NCBI GenBank assembly: GCA_001798165.1
Contig: MGRL01000007.1
Coordinates: forward strand, 455-64,454
DNA from: Deltaproteobacteria bacterium RIFCSPHIGHO2_02_FULL_43_33
Lineage (GTDB): Bacteria > Desulfobacterota > GWC2-55-46 > UBA9637
DNA length: 64,000 bases
Direction: 5' to 3'
Part shown: positions 10,479 through 19,120 of the stretch, piece after piece
Numbering within the stretch: the stretch's first letter is position 1
Layout: every line of letters starts with the position of its first letter
The notes under the pieces: generated by a model
The model's database searches: none
The model's input: only the letters and a program-made list of their open reading frames with translations
What the model was told of the DNA's origin: nothing
Position numbers and translations under genes: made by a program

Positions 10479-10550
10479 CCGTGAACCGTGACCGTGTTCC
10501 GTGTCTGTGAAAAAATCTTTAACGGTCACGGCCAACGGACACGGATAACG
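10479..10550. repeat. Right copy of the direct repeat flanking the HEPN gene
   Basis: ccgtgaaccgtgaccgtgttccgtgtctgtgaaaaaatctttaacggtcacggccaacggacacggataacgg. Confidence 0.75.
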
Positions 10551-10571
10551 GAAGTTGCAAGGAGCCCTCTA

Positions 10572-11348
10572 TTGCCAGATACCTTAGCTTACATCCTGAC
10601 CTTCATCTTTGGCAGTATAGTCGGTAGTTTTTTGAATGTCTGTATCCATCGCATTCCAGAAGGCAAATCAATCATATTTCCTCCATCTTCCTGTCCAAAT
10701 TGCGGCAAGCCAATTGCTTTTTATCATAACATCCCCATCATAAGTTATATTATGCTTCTCGGCAGGTGCCGTAATTGTAAAAGCCTAATCTCTCAAAGAT
10801 ACCCTGTTGTAGAACTTCTCACAGCGCTTTTTTCTGTGACATTATCCAAGAGATTCGGCATTTCTGCAGAATATTTTATCTATTTTGCATTTACCGCAAG
10901 CCTGATTGTAATAACATTTATAGACCTTAAATATCAGATAATCCCTGATGTGATAAGCCTTCCTGGGATTGTCATCGGCCTTCTTGTTTCTTATTTTTTG
11001 CCGCAGGGCATATTAAATTCCGTCATCGGCACACTGACCGGAGGCGGAAGCCTATTTCTTATAGCTGCAGGGTATCAGCTTGTTACAGGCAGGGAAGGGA
11101 TGGGCGGCGGGGATATAAAACTGCTTGCCATGATAGGCGCATTCCTCGGATGGCAAGGTGTTATCGTAACGATATTTACAGGTTCATTTGCAGGCGCTGT
11201 TGTAGGCTCTTTGTTGATGCTGGCAAAAGGCAAAGACAGTAAATACGCCATACCCTTTGGCCCTTTTCTTGCCATAGGCGCAGTTGTGGCTCTCTTTTTT
11301 GGAGAAACGATTATCAATTGGTATATAATGGGCATATGGCTAAGATAA
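10572..11348 (+). CDS. pilD: Prepilin peptidase / N-methyltransferase (A24 family)
   Basis: Contains FIFGSIVGSFLNVCIHRIP, the zinc-binding CPNCGKPI...CRNCKS and the catalytic region GGGDIKLLAMIGAFLGW. A perfect AAGGAG site lies 7 nt upstream of TTG 10572. The six-frame ORF from 10488 adds 28 aa translated from a heptamer repeat. Confidence 0.85.
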   Translation: MPDTLAYILTFIFGSIVGSFLNVCIHRIPEGKSIIFPPSSCPNCGKPIAFYHNIPIISYIMLLGRCRNCKSLISQRYPVVELLTALFSVTLSKRFGISAEYFIYFAFTASLIVITFIDLKYQIIPDVISLPGIVIGLLVSYFLPQGILNSVIGTLTGGGSLFLIAAGYQLVTGREGMGGGDIKLLAMIGAFLGWQGVIVTIFTGSFAGAVVGSLLMLAKGKDSKYAIPFGPFLAIGAVVALFFGETIINWYIMGIWLR

Positions 11349-12931
11349 AGAATAAGTGGGGGATAAGGGCACAACTTGTTGCCGGTATTGTACTTGTAAC
11401 AGTAGGAGCTATAGCGCTTATCGGTTTTTTAAGTATTAAGATGCTGGAGTGGAATGCCTTATTCAGAAAGGCTAAGGAGGCAGAGGTTATCCTTACTTTT
11501 ATCCAGACCCTTATTCAAGAAGGCCAAGATGCCAATATGAGCGGCCTTAAACGTTTTATTTCAAAAACTGCTGAGAATGGTGTGATAAATACCTTGGTTA
11601 TCGTGGATGAGAAAGGCAAGACAATTTTTATCACAGGCAGGGAATTATTGATAAGCAAGGATGTTGTTGGCAGAACTATTTTTTTATTGAGTAATTTAAA
11701 CATACAAATGGTTGGCGGCGGATGGTTTGAAGGAATCGGCGAAGAGCTATTAATATCAGCGCCTGCGAAAGGTGTTGATGGCTCTATAACATTTTCTATG
11801 CCGCTTTCAGATATAAGAGAGGAAGGGGCAAATTTCAGGTGGTTTATCTTTTTTTATGCCTTGTTTGATTCTGTTATTATTATAGCCCTTGCTACATACA
11901 TATTTTCTAAAAATATAATAAGGCCCATGAATCTTCTTAGAAAAATTACTGAAGATATAGCCGGTGGAATGATTGAACAAAGGGTTGATATAAAGGCAGG
12001 CGGCGAGATAGGCAGTTTTGCCTCATCATTTAATATAATGGCTGACAGGCTTGAAGAAAAGATAAAGACCCTTGAAAGGCTTAACAAAGACCTTTTGGCA
12101 AAACAGGAAGAGCTTGTCCGGTCTGAGAAACTTGCAACCGTTGGGAGGCTTGCAGCAGGGATCGCCCATGAGATAGGAAATCCTCTTGGGGCGATGTTAG
12201 GATATGTTGATATACTTAAAAAAGCAGTAAGCAGTAAGCATGAAGCAGTAAGCAGTGAGTCAAAGGAAATACTGGAAAGGCTTGAGAAGGAGATTGGGAG
12301 GATTGATAAGACAGTAAGAGGGCTTCTTGATTTTTCAAGACCGTCGCAAGTGGTTTTGCATGATGTGGATGTCAACAAGGCAGTCAGGGATTCTGTTGCC
12401 CTCCTCTCTCCTCAATTTTCAGATATCGGTATATCATTTGATATAAGGCTTGATGAAGCCCTGCCGCATATCCTTATGGATGAAGCTATGCTTCAACAGG
12501 TACTCTTAAATCTTTTTCTTAATGCAAAAGACGCAATGGAAGGTAGCGGAACAATAATTGTAGAAACAGGGGTCTCCTTCCCCTATCCCCCTCCGGAGGG
12601 GGACAAAGGGGGAGGTCAGGAGGCGAGGTTTAGAAGAAGAAAGAATGATTTGGCAGATACGGATTTTACAGCCAGGCATAGTGAAATATCGGGGCAGAGA
12701 TCTGTTGTAATCAGTGTTACTGATACAGGTAAAGGCATTGCAGAATCCGATATTGGCAAGATATTTGACCCGTTTTTTACTACCAAAGAACAGGGAAAGG
12801 GAACAGGACTTGGGCTCGCAGTATCATTGGGAATAGTTCAGGTATACAATGGCGGTATAAAGGTAAAGAGTGCATTTGGCAAGGGGACGACATTTGAGGT
12901 GTTGCTGCCAGTGGAAGAAAAGAGAAGATAG
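11336..12931 (+). CDS. Sensor histidine kinase (two TM helices, periplasmic sensor, HAMP, HisKA, HATPase_c). Probably partners the downstream sigma54 response regulator and may be a PilS analogue.
   Basis: H-box is AGIAHEIGNPLGAM. The N, G1 and G2 boxes are LLNLFLNAKDAM, TDTGKGI and GKGTGLGLAV. A 40-aa insertion (SFPYPPPEGDKGGGQEARFRRRKNDLADTDFTARHSEISGQRS) lies between the N and G1 boxes. A heptamer insert gives KAVSSKHEAVSSES. Confidence 0.85.
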   Translation: MAKIKNKWGIRAQLVAGIVLVTVGAIALIGFLSIKMLEWNALFRKAKEAEVILTFIQTLIQEGQDANMSGLKRFISKTAENGVINTLVIVDEKGKTIFITGRELLISKDVVGRTIFLLSNLNIQMVGGGWFEGIGEELLISAPAKGVDGSITFSMPLSDIREEGANFRWFIFFYALFDSVIIIALATYIFSKNIIRPMNLLRKITEDIAGGMIEQRVDIKAGGEIGSFASSFNIMADRLEEKIKTLERLNKDLLAKQEELVRSEKLATVGRLAAGIAHEIGNPLGAMLGYVDILKKAVSSKHEAVSSESKEILERLEKEIGRIDKTVRGLLDFSRPSQVVLHDVDVNKAVRDSVALLSPQFSDIGISFDIRLDEALPHILMDEAMLQQVLLNLFLNAKDAMEGSGTIIVETGVSFPYPPPEGDKGGGQEARFRRRKNDLADTDFTARHSEISGQRSVVISVTDTGKGIAESDIGKIFDPFFTTKEQGKGTGLGLAVSLGIVQVYNGGIKVKSAFGKGTTFEVLLPVEEKRR

Positions 12932-13041
12932 AAAGTTAACCCCTCCCAGCCTCCCCTTTAGCAAAGGGAGGAAGCAAATCCCCCCTCTTTTGTAAAGAGG
13001 GGGTTAGGGGGAGTTAGAAAAGGGCAAGAGGAGTTAAACTT

Positions 13042-14400
13042 ATGAGAATCTTAATCATTGACGACGAAGAAGCCATGCGCCACATGCTTTCTATCATATT
13101 AAAAAAAGAAGGCTATGATGCAGTGTCAATAGAAGGCGGCCAACAGGCTATAAAAATATTGGAAAAGGAAGATTTTGACTTCATCCTCTGCGATATAAAA
13201 ATGCCTGGCATGGACGGCCTGGAGTTTTTAAAAAGCCTTCAGCCTTCAGCCTTCAGCCTTCAGCCTGTCGTCATCATGATGTCTGCCTACGGCGCCATTG
13301 ATACTGCTATTGAGTGCATGAAACTTGGCGCATACGACTATATCTCAAAACCGTTTAAGGCTGATGAGATATTGCTTACTTTAAAAAAGGCAGAGGAGCG
13401 GGAGAAACTTAGAAGGGAAAATATCAGGCTTAAAGAGGCTGTTCAAAATGAGTATGACTTCAAGAATATTATAGCAGAAAGCCGGCAAATGCTTGATATA
13501 TTTGGGCTTGTAAGAAAGGTGGCAGACTATAACACTACAGTGCTTATAACAGGGGAGAGTGGCACAGGAAAGGAGCTTATTGCAAGGGCTATCCATTACA
13601 ACGGAAGCAGAAAGGATAAATCCTTTATTGCGGTAAACTGCGGCGCAATACCGGCGCAGCTTCTTGAAAGCGAACTCTTCGGCCATGTTAAAGGCGCATT
13701 CACTGATGCGGTTAGGGACAAAAACGGCCTTTTCGAAGAGGCAGACGGAGGGACGATATTTTTAGACGAGATAGGCGAGCTTCCCAGAGAATTACAGGTA
13801 AAGCTGCTGAGGGTTATCCAGGAGGGAGAGCTGAGGCGTGTGGGTGATTCAAAATCAAGGAAGATAGATGTCAGGATTATTGCCGCAACTGCCAGAGACC
13901 TGACAGAGGAAATCAAAAAAGGCAACTTTAGAGAAGACCTTTTTTACAGGCTAAATGTTGTTCCTATAAAGATCCCTCCTTTGCGGGAAAGGCAAGATGA
14001 CATCCCGCTGCTATTAAAATTTTTTTTAGGCAAGTATGCAAAAAAGTTCGGCAAGACTATAAATGGCATACATGAACAAGCAATGAGCCGTCTGTTGAAT
14101 TATCCTTGGCCAGGCAATGTAAGAGAGCTTGAAAATGTTATAGAAAGGGCTGTGATATTGGCAGATGCTGATATGATAAAATCCGAAAATTTGCCGTTTT
14201 TACAAGCACAGCCTTCAGCCTTCAGCCTTCAGCCTTCAGCCAATACAGGACTTTCCATTAAAAAGGCAGAAGAATCCATTGAAAAAGAACTCATAAAAAA
14301 GGCGCTGGAAATGACCCGCGGCAACAAGACAAAGGCAGCAGAGCTTTTGGAGATAAGCCATAGGGCGCTTTTGTATAAGATAAAGGAATACGGGTTGTAG
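13042..14400 (+). CDS. Sigma54-dependent response regulator (NtrC/PilR family: REC, AAA+ activator and Fis-type HTH)
   Basis: The REC domain has DDEEAMRHML...DIKMPGMDG. Walker A is GESGTGKE, the GAFTDA motif is present (GAFTGA-type), and the C-terminal HTH is present. Two in-frame LQPSAFSLQP inserts come from (CCTTCAG)n arrays at 13236-13267 and 14211-14241. Confidence 0.9.
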   Translation: MRILIIDDEEAMRHMLSIILKKEGYDAVSIEGGQQAIKILEKEDFDFILCDIKMPGMDGLEFLKSLQPSAFSLQPVVIMMSAYGAIDTAIECMKLGAYDYISKPFKADEILLTLKKAEEREKLRRENIRLKEAVQNEYDFKNIIAESRQMLDIFGLVRKVADYNTTVLITGESGTGKELIARAIHYNGSRKDKSFIAVNCGAIPAQLLESELFGHVKGAFTDAVRDKNGLFEEADGGTIFLDEIGELPRELQVKLLRVIQEGELRRVGDSKSRKIDVRIIAATARDLTEEIKKGNFREDLFYRLNVVPIKIPPLRERQDDIPLLLKFFLGKYAKKFGKTINGIHEQAMSRLLNYPWPGNVRELENVIERAVILADADMIKSENLPFLQAQPSAFSLQPSANTGLSIKKAEESIEKELIKKALEMTRGNKTKAAELLEISHRALLYKIKEYGL

Positions 14401-14456
14401 CTATTTAATCTTTATGCTATAGTTAACAGGCTGTTGAAAAAGGCATCAACAGCCTT

Positions 14457-14539
14457 GATTACACAGATTAGGAAAAACGATTACACAGATATTTCAATGG
14501 GTTTTAATCTGTGAAATCTAATCTTTTATCCGTGTAATC
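14457..14539. promoter_or_regulatory. Array of four 12-bp sites of the form GATTACACAGAT / ATCTGTG(A/T)AATC, two direct and two inverted, phased at 21-22 bp. Hairpins at 14428-14455 and 14543-14565 bracket the array.
   Basis: The sites lie at 14457-14468, 14479-14490, 14507-14518 and 14528-14539. Both flanking hairpins contain TGTTGA...TCAACA. Confidence 0.4.
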
Positions 14540-14608
14540 GGAGTTTGTTGAGTTTTTCAACAAACTGTTAAGCCAATAATACCTATTGGAAGGGGGGAGA
14601 GGAAAAAT

Positions 14609-15163
14609 ATGCTTGGAATTAAAGAAAAGACCCATACCATAAAGGATTATAAACTCTTGCCGGAAGGCGCACCATACCAATTGATAGGCGGAGAACTCAT
14701 TATGATGGTGCCAGCCCCAACGCCGTTTCATCAGATAATATCAGCTAATATATTTGAGAGAATCAGGAGGTTCGTGATAGAAAAGGGAATCGGCATAGTC
14801 CTCTACTCACCCATAGACATTTACCTTGGAGAAGAGGACGCCTATCAGCCTGACATGATATTTATCTCAAAGCAAAGGCAGGAAATTATAAAAAAGGATG
14901 GGATATACGGCGCCCCTGATTTGGTAGTAGAAATATTATCTCCATCCACAGCCTATTATGACATCAAAAAGAAGTTTAAGGTCTACGAGCGATACGGCGT
15001 GAAGGAGTACTGGATTGTAGACCCTGAAATGAAAGGGGTGGAGATCTTTCTTTTAAATCAAAAGGGTGAATTTGAACTTACGGCAAAGCATTATGACACC
15101 GGAACTGTAAAATCCACATTGCTTGCAGGCATGGAAATTTATCTGAAAGATATTTTCCAATAG
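14609..15163 (+). CDS. Uma2-family (DUF820) PD-(D/E)xK putative endonuclease
   Basis: PDLVVEILSPSTAYYDIKKKFKVYERYGVKEYWIVDP matches the Uma2 core. Confidence 0.75.
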   Translation: MLGIKEKTHTIKDYKLLPEGAPYQLIGGELIMMVPAPTPFHQIISANIFERIRRFVIEKGIGIVLYSPIDIYLGEEDAYQPDMIFISKQRQEIIKKDGIYGAPDLVVEILSPSTAYYDIKKKFKVYERYGVKEYWIVDPEMKGVEIFLLNQKGEFELTAKHYDTGTVKSTLLAGMEIYLKDIFQ

Positions 15164-15228
15164 AACCGAAATTCAATCTTATCGGCAAGCATCCGGCTGG
15201 AAACCGGCAATATTCCGCAATCAGGTGA

Positions 15229-15768
15229 ATGAAAATGCCTTCGCAAAAAGGTTTTTCCATGATTGAGATGTTGCTTGTAATAGCGATTATTATGATAATC
15301 GCCGCTATTGCTGCGACCGGATCCGGTTTTTATCAAAGCCGCCGATTAATGGCGGCATCCCAGCAGCTTTACGGTGATATACAGAAGACGAGGATTGACG
15401 CCATGACTAAAAGCATTGCAGCGAACAGCCGGGGCTGGGGGATACAGTTTGATTCAAGCAGCCAATACACAATATTTGAATTCAACGATGGGAACGGCAA
15501 TTTTAATTATGATTCGGGAGAAGCGGCGAATGCAAGGCAAGTAACTTTGCAGACGGGTATAGCCGTGACCGTAAAAGGCAACCCTGCCGGTGATGACAAC
15601 ATAGTGATATTCGATAAGCAGGGGCTGTCGAAGGCTACTACCTGGGCAGGAGGCAGCAGAACATTTATCGTGCAACTTTCAGGGGTTTCCGACGGCAGGT
15701 GTCTGGTGTTGGATGATGTCAGAATCAGGGAAGGGATATGGTATGCTTCAAAGTGTACAAAACAGTAG
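15229..15768 (+). CDS. Type IV pilus minor pilin, FimT/FimU (GspH-like) family, copy 1
   Basis: Prepilin leader MKMPSQKG followed by FSMIEMLLVIAIIMIIAAIA, with Gly at -1, Phe at +1 and Glu at +5. About 40% identical to the next gene. Confidence 0.8.
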   Translation: MKMPSQKGFSMIEMLLVIAIIMIIAAIAATGSGFYQSRRLMAASQQLYGDIQKTRIDAMTKSIAANSRGWGIQFDSSSQYTIFEFNDGNGNFNYDSGEAANARQVTLQTGIAVTVKGNPAGDDNIVIFDKQGLSKATTWAGGSRTFIVQLSGVSDGRCLVLDDVRIREGIWYASKCTKQ

Positions 15769-15900
15769 AAAAGAAAGTAGACAACATGTAGTAGATATTA
15801 GACAGGGGAGAAATACAGTAGATAGTAGGAGAGTAGAAAGTAGGAAGGTGGAAAGTGTTTCCCTGTCTACCTCCTGCCGTCTACTATCTACTATTTTTTA
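15764..15900. repeat. Palindromic heptamer element A: (AGTAGAC-like)n ... GGAAAGTGTTTCCC ... (GTCTACT-like)n, followed by TTTTTT. Terminator-like.
   Basis: The left arm is gtagtagatattagacagg...gtagatagtaggagagtagaaagtagg. The right arm is cctgtctacctcctgccgtctactatctactatttttta. Confidence 0.7.
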
Positions 15901-16010
15901 CATGACAATTATCCCGCACTTTTTTCATAGTTCGCAAGATGTAATGCCCTTCAGCAAAAACCCTTTTTAAAAATATCTTTATTTATCAAGCAGTTAATTT
16001 TATAAAAACA

Positions 16011-16026
16011 TGGCATAGAAATTGCT
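16011..16026 (+). promoter_or_regulatory. Sigma54 (RpoN) -24/-12 promoter TGGCAT-N5-TTGCT, 16 bp upstream of the second fimT-like pilin gene
   Basis: tGGCATagaaaTTGCT matches the consensus TGGCAC-N5-TTGCW. A sigma54 activator gene sits 1.6 kb upstream. Confidence 0.6.
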
Positions 16027-16041
16027 AAATATGCTCTTCAA

Positions 16042-16602
16042 ATGAATATAAAAGATGAAAGAGGTTTTTCTATGGTTGAGCTTTTGATTGTGGTTACCCT
16101 TGTTGCAATAGTGGCGGCAATTGCCATGATGGGGCGCGAGACTTATCAGGGACATCAGCTCAAAGCTGCCTCGCAGCAGCTTTACGGCGATTTGCAGAAG
16201 ATAAGAGTTGATGCAATGACTAAAAGCAGTGCGGCAAATAGCCGCGGTTTCGGAATACGGTTTACCTCAGGTTCGGCTTATACCGCTTTTGAGTTCAATG
16301 ATGCAGACAATAATTTTACTGATGCCGGAACAACAACAGAGGAGACGAATACCAGGAATATTACTTTGAGAAGCGGAATAACGGTTACATTGGGGGATAC
16401 CACAACTCCTCCGACCGGCACAGGCAATGTGTTGATATTCAGCAAGCAGGGGTTGCCTAAAGATAATACATGGGCGCAACTCAATAGAAATTATGTGATA
16501 CAGCTTTCAGGGGTTAACCAGATAAGGTGTGTCAATATAGCTAATGTCAGTATTAGGGAAGGGGTTTGGAATGCAGCGAGCTCAAGTTGCGCAATACAGT
16601 AG
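16042..16602 (+). CDS. Type IV pilus minor pilin, FimT/FimU (GspH-like) family, copy 2
   Basis: Leader MNIKDERG followed by FSMVELLIVVTLVAIVAAIA. Paralogous to the 15229 gene. Confidence 0.8.
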   Translation: MNIKDERGFSMVELLIVVTLVAIVAAIAMMGRETYQGHQLKAASQQLYGDLQKIRVDAMTKSSAANSRGFGIRFTSGSAYTAFEFNDADNNFTDAGTTTEETNTRNITLRSGITVTLGDTTTPPTGTGNVLIFSKQGLPKDNTWAQLNRNYVIQLSGVNQIRCVNIANVSIREGVWNAASSSCAIQ

Positions 16603-17185
16603 AAAAGAAAGTAGACAGTATGTAGTAGATAGTAGGAAGGGGGAAAGTGTTTCCCTGTCTACCATCTACTATCTGCCGTCTACCAATTCTGTCTACCGTC
16701 TACCGTCTACTCATAAGGGCTTTTCCCTCGTTGAGATGATGATAGCCTTATTCATCCTGACCGTTGCCGTGCTGGGGCTTTTAGAACTTACCATCACCTC
16801 CATCAGAACCAATCTACAGAATGATATGAGAAATACCTCCATAAGGCTTACCAGCCAGACAGCAGAGATACTCCTTGCCCAGCCCATTGACAGCGTAGCC
16901 ACATGCGGTTTGACCCCGGATTCAAGTACTGGCGCCATGAATTACAATTCATCTTACACATACACTACTGCGAACGCCTGTTTGTATGCCTCTGCCGATA
17001 CTGATGTTAAAAAGTATCCTAATCCAAGTCAGGCTATAAGAAGCGGCACGGTTAATTATAATATATACTGGTCGGTATTATCACCCACAAACGATATAAG
17101 GCAGATTACGATTACTGTTTCATATTTTTACCGCGGTCAGCAGTATTCAAACACGGCTGTAATATATAAGCACAGGGCAGTATGA
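16544..17185 (+). CDS. PilV-like type IV pilus minor pilin. The start is uncertain. The only in-frame ATGs (16544 and 16571) lie inside the preceding gene. They give a 50-59 aa pre-sequence translated from palindromic element B, placed before the mature N-terminus G|FSLVEMMIALFIL.
   Basis: The prepilin motif HKG|FSLVEMM is present and the mature length of about 160 aa is typical of PilV. Upstream in frame the translation reads ...YLPSTNSVYRLPST, encoded by the GTCTACC repeats. Confidence 0.65.
   Translation: MSVLGKGFGMQRAQVAQYSRKESRQYVVDSRKGESVSLSTIYYLPSTNSVYRLPSTHKGFSLVEMMIALFILTVAVLGLLELTITSIRTNLQNDMRNTSIRLTSQTAEILLAQPIDSVATCGLTPDSSTGAMNYNSSYTYTTANACLYASADTDVKKYPNPSQAIRSGTVNYNIYWSVLSPTNDIRQITITVSYFYRGQQYSNTAVIYKHRAV
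16597..16710. repeat. Palindromic heptamer element B, with the same core GGGAAAGTGTTTCCCTGTCTACC as element A
   Basis: The sequence is cagtagaaaagaaagtagacagtatgtagtagatagtagg...cctgtctaccatctactatctgccgtctaccaattctgtctaccgtctaccgtctact. Confidence 0.7.
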
Positions 17186-17188
17186 GAA

Positions 17189-17432
17189 AAGAGTAGACAG
17201 CAAGAAAGACAGTAGAAAGTAGAAGAGGGAAAAATATGAGAAACAACAAAAAAGAAAGCAGACAGGGGAAAAAGACAGTAGACAGTAGGAGAGTAGACAG
17301 TAGGCAGGATAAAACAAAATCCAAGCCTTTCCTGTCTACCTTCTACCTTCTACCGTCTACTTTTAAAAAGTCTACCATCTACCATCTACCTTCTACCAAT
17401 TCTGTCTACCCTCTACCGTCTACTTATTATTA
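17189..17432. repeat. Palindromic heptamer element C. The left AGTAGAC arrays and right GTCTACC arrays are expanded. The pilW start codon lies inside it.
   Basis: Runs from gagtagacagcaagaaagacagtagaaagtag through ctgtctaccttctaccttctaccgtctact...tctaccatctaccatctaccttctaccaattctgtctaccctctaccgtctact. Confidence 0.7.
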
Positions 17433-18507
17433 CAGTGGTTTCAGTCTTGTTGAACTTCTTGTTGTGCTGGGCATATTTTCGGTGATACTTACCGTTGTCT
17501 TCAGCTCATATATTACGCAGTTAAAGCACACAGGCAGGGAATACAGGGTTGCGGAGACTGAGATAGAGATTGGAATAGCAAAGGGCATTATTGAGAGGGA
17601 TATTGCCATGGCAGGATATGGGATTGCAGAGGATTACGGTACCACAACATTCAATCCAAAGGTTGCAAGCGCCACGAATGACAATCCTGACACATTGACC
17701 CTGACAGGCACAGCCCTTGGCATGAAATCAAAGCAGGCCCAGGCATGGACATATATAAACGGCGGTAACCCGACATTTGGGCCGGCCTTAGTAGCAAACA
17801 CCAACGCAACATGGGGCGACTCAAGGGAGGATTTAAATACAGGCGACAGGGTCATCCTGATGGAACCCGGCACAAAGAAGCTGCTGCTACAGGGAACAGA
17901 ATGGCTGTTTGCAGTAACAGATGCTGACAGCGACGGTATTATTGATACCATCAAAAGCAGACCAAGTAATACAAACTATGCTACTCCAACTGTTGGAACA
18001 ATTGTATATGGTCTTTATGGCTCCAGCAATGCCTCTGACGACGCAGATGGCGCTCTCAAACCCTACTATGCTGTCAGGTATTATCTTGGCGGCACACCTC
18101 CGTCCAACTGTGCCTCTGGCACAAAGAGTCTGCTAAGGGCAGAGAGCACGAAAGACGCATCACCCAGCAACGGTGACCCCATCCTTGATTGCGTGCTGGA
18201 TCTGGAGGTTGCATTCGGCCTTGATACGGATGAGAACGGGACGATAGACGCAGACGCATGGGACAACGGCGGCGCGGCAGCGTCAGTCTATGACGCAGCC
18301 AGCCTCAGAAAAAGATTAAAGCAGATAAGGATGTATATCCTTGTCCAGTCAGGAAATTATGACGCGAATTACACCTATCCGCTTAACAGCGTCTTGGTCG
18401 GAGACAGCATCCTTAGCACAGGAAGAAATGTGGCTATTACAGGCGACCTGTTGAGATACAGGTGGAGGATGCTGGCGATAAACATAACACCGAGGAATAT
18501 AAGATAA
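17236..18507 (+). CDS. PilW-like type IV pilus minor pilin, with a roughly 70-aa N-terminal pre-sequence translated from palindromic element C ahead of the prepilin motif SG|FSLVELLVVLGIF
   Basis: A GAGGG ribosome-binding site lies 8 nt upstream of ATG 17236. The mature region of about 350 aa is typical of PilW. No alternative in-frame start exists nearer the pilin N-terminus. Confidence 0.7.
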   Translation: MRNNKKESRQGKKTVDSRRVDSRQDKTKSKPFLSTFYLLPSTFKKSTIYHLPSTNSVYPLPSTYYYSGFSLVELLVVLGIFSVILTVVFSSYITQLKHTGREYRVAETEIEIGIAKGIIERDIAMAGYGIAEDYGTTTFNPKVASATNDNPDTLTLTGTALGMKSKQAQAWTYINGGNPTFGPALVANTNATWGDSREDLNTGDRVILMEPGTKKLLLQGTEWLFAVTDADSDGIIDTIKSRPSNTNYATPTVGTIVYGLYGSSNASDDADGALKPYYAVRYYLGGTPPSNCASGTKSLLRAESTKDASPSNGDPILDCVLDLEVAFGLDTDENGTIDADAWDNGGAAASVYDAASLRKRLKQIRMYILVQSGNYDANYTYPLNSVLVGDSILSTGRNVAITGDLLRYRWRMLAINITPRNIR

Positions 18508-18520
18508 GGAGGATGCTTTT

Positions 18521-19120
18521 ATGTACTTATTATACAAAAGAAGTCAGAAGTCAGAAGTCAGAAGTCAGGAGCCGAAGAGACCCCAATTTCTGAACCCAAT
18601 ACTTGGAACTCAAAAAGGCATTGCCCTTATCGTGGCGCTCCTCATGAGCGTTGCCATAATGGCGCTGGCGGCAGGGGTTCTCTATTTTCTAACCCAATCA
18701 ACAATCATGTCAGGCGCAGGCAAAAGGTATGCAACAGCCGCAGAGGCGGCGGACGGCGCCGTGAATGTAATGAAGGACAGCATAAACCTTATCATGTGGG
18801 GCGAGCCAATTACTGCACTTCCGATTGCAACCGGGGGTTGTTTAGAGGGATATGCTCTTTCAAATGCTGTTCTTAATAATAATACGACATGCAGCACTAC
18901 AATCACCCTCCCTACGGCATTGGGGGGGAACTATACAGCCACTGTGACTGTTACAAGGCTATACAGCATAACACTCCCCGGCGGCAGGCTTGAATTTGCA
19001 AGAAGCGCAGGCGGTGTGTCTAGCACCGCCATATTTTACAGGATTACTGCCACTGTAAGAGGGGCAGGGTCGGATAATTCAGTGGCGGAAAACTCCGCGC
19101 TGTACAGGTTTACAGGATAA
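18521..19120 (+). CDS. PilX-like minor pilin (PilX N-terminal domain)
   Basis: TQKGIALIVALLMSVAIMALAAGVLYF matches the PilX_N pattern. The N-terminal stretch RSQKSEVRSQEP is encoded by (AAGTCAG)x4. Confidence 0.65.
   Translation: MYLLYKRSQKSEVRSQEPKRPQFLNPILGTQKGIALIVALLMSVAIMALAAGVLYFLTQSTIMSGAGKRYATAAEAADGAVNVMKDSINLIMWGEPITALPIATGGCLEGYALSNAVLNNNTTCSTTITLPTALGGNYTATVTVTRLYSITLPGGRLEFARSAGGVSSTAIFYRITATVRGAGSDNSVAENSALYRFTG

Noticed and set aside
15713-15970. 85-aa ORF through palindromic element A as a gene
   Set aside because: It is composed entirely of translated repeat sequence, has no ribosome-binding site, and overlaps the terminator-like hairpin. It is most likely spurious.
16660-17430. 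LPST/LPSTN peptide repeats in the PilV and PilW pre-sequences as sortase LPXTG signals
   Set aside because: There is no Gly after the Thr, and no downstream hydrophobic segment with a positive tail. Nothing in the envelope genes suggests a Gram-positive wall. The motif is a by-product of translating GTCTACC repeats.
18521-19120. The PilX-like protein as a PilD-processed pilin
   Set aside because: The residue after the Gly is Ile rather than Phe, and there is no Glu at +5. It fits the PilX_N-type anchor better than a canonical class III signal. The call is kept as PilX-like, but processing is uncertain.
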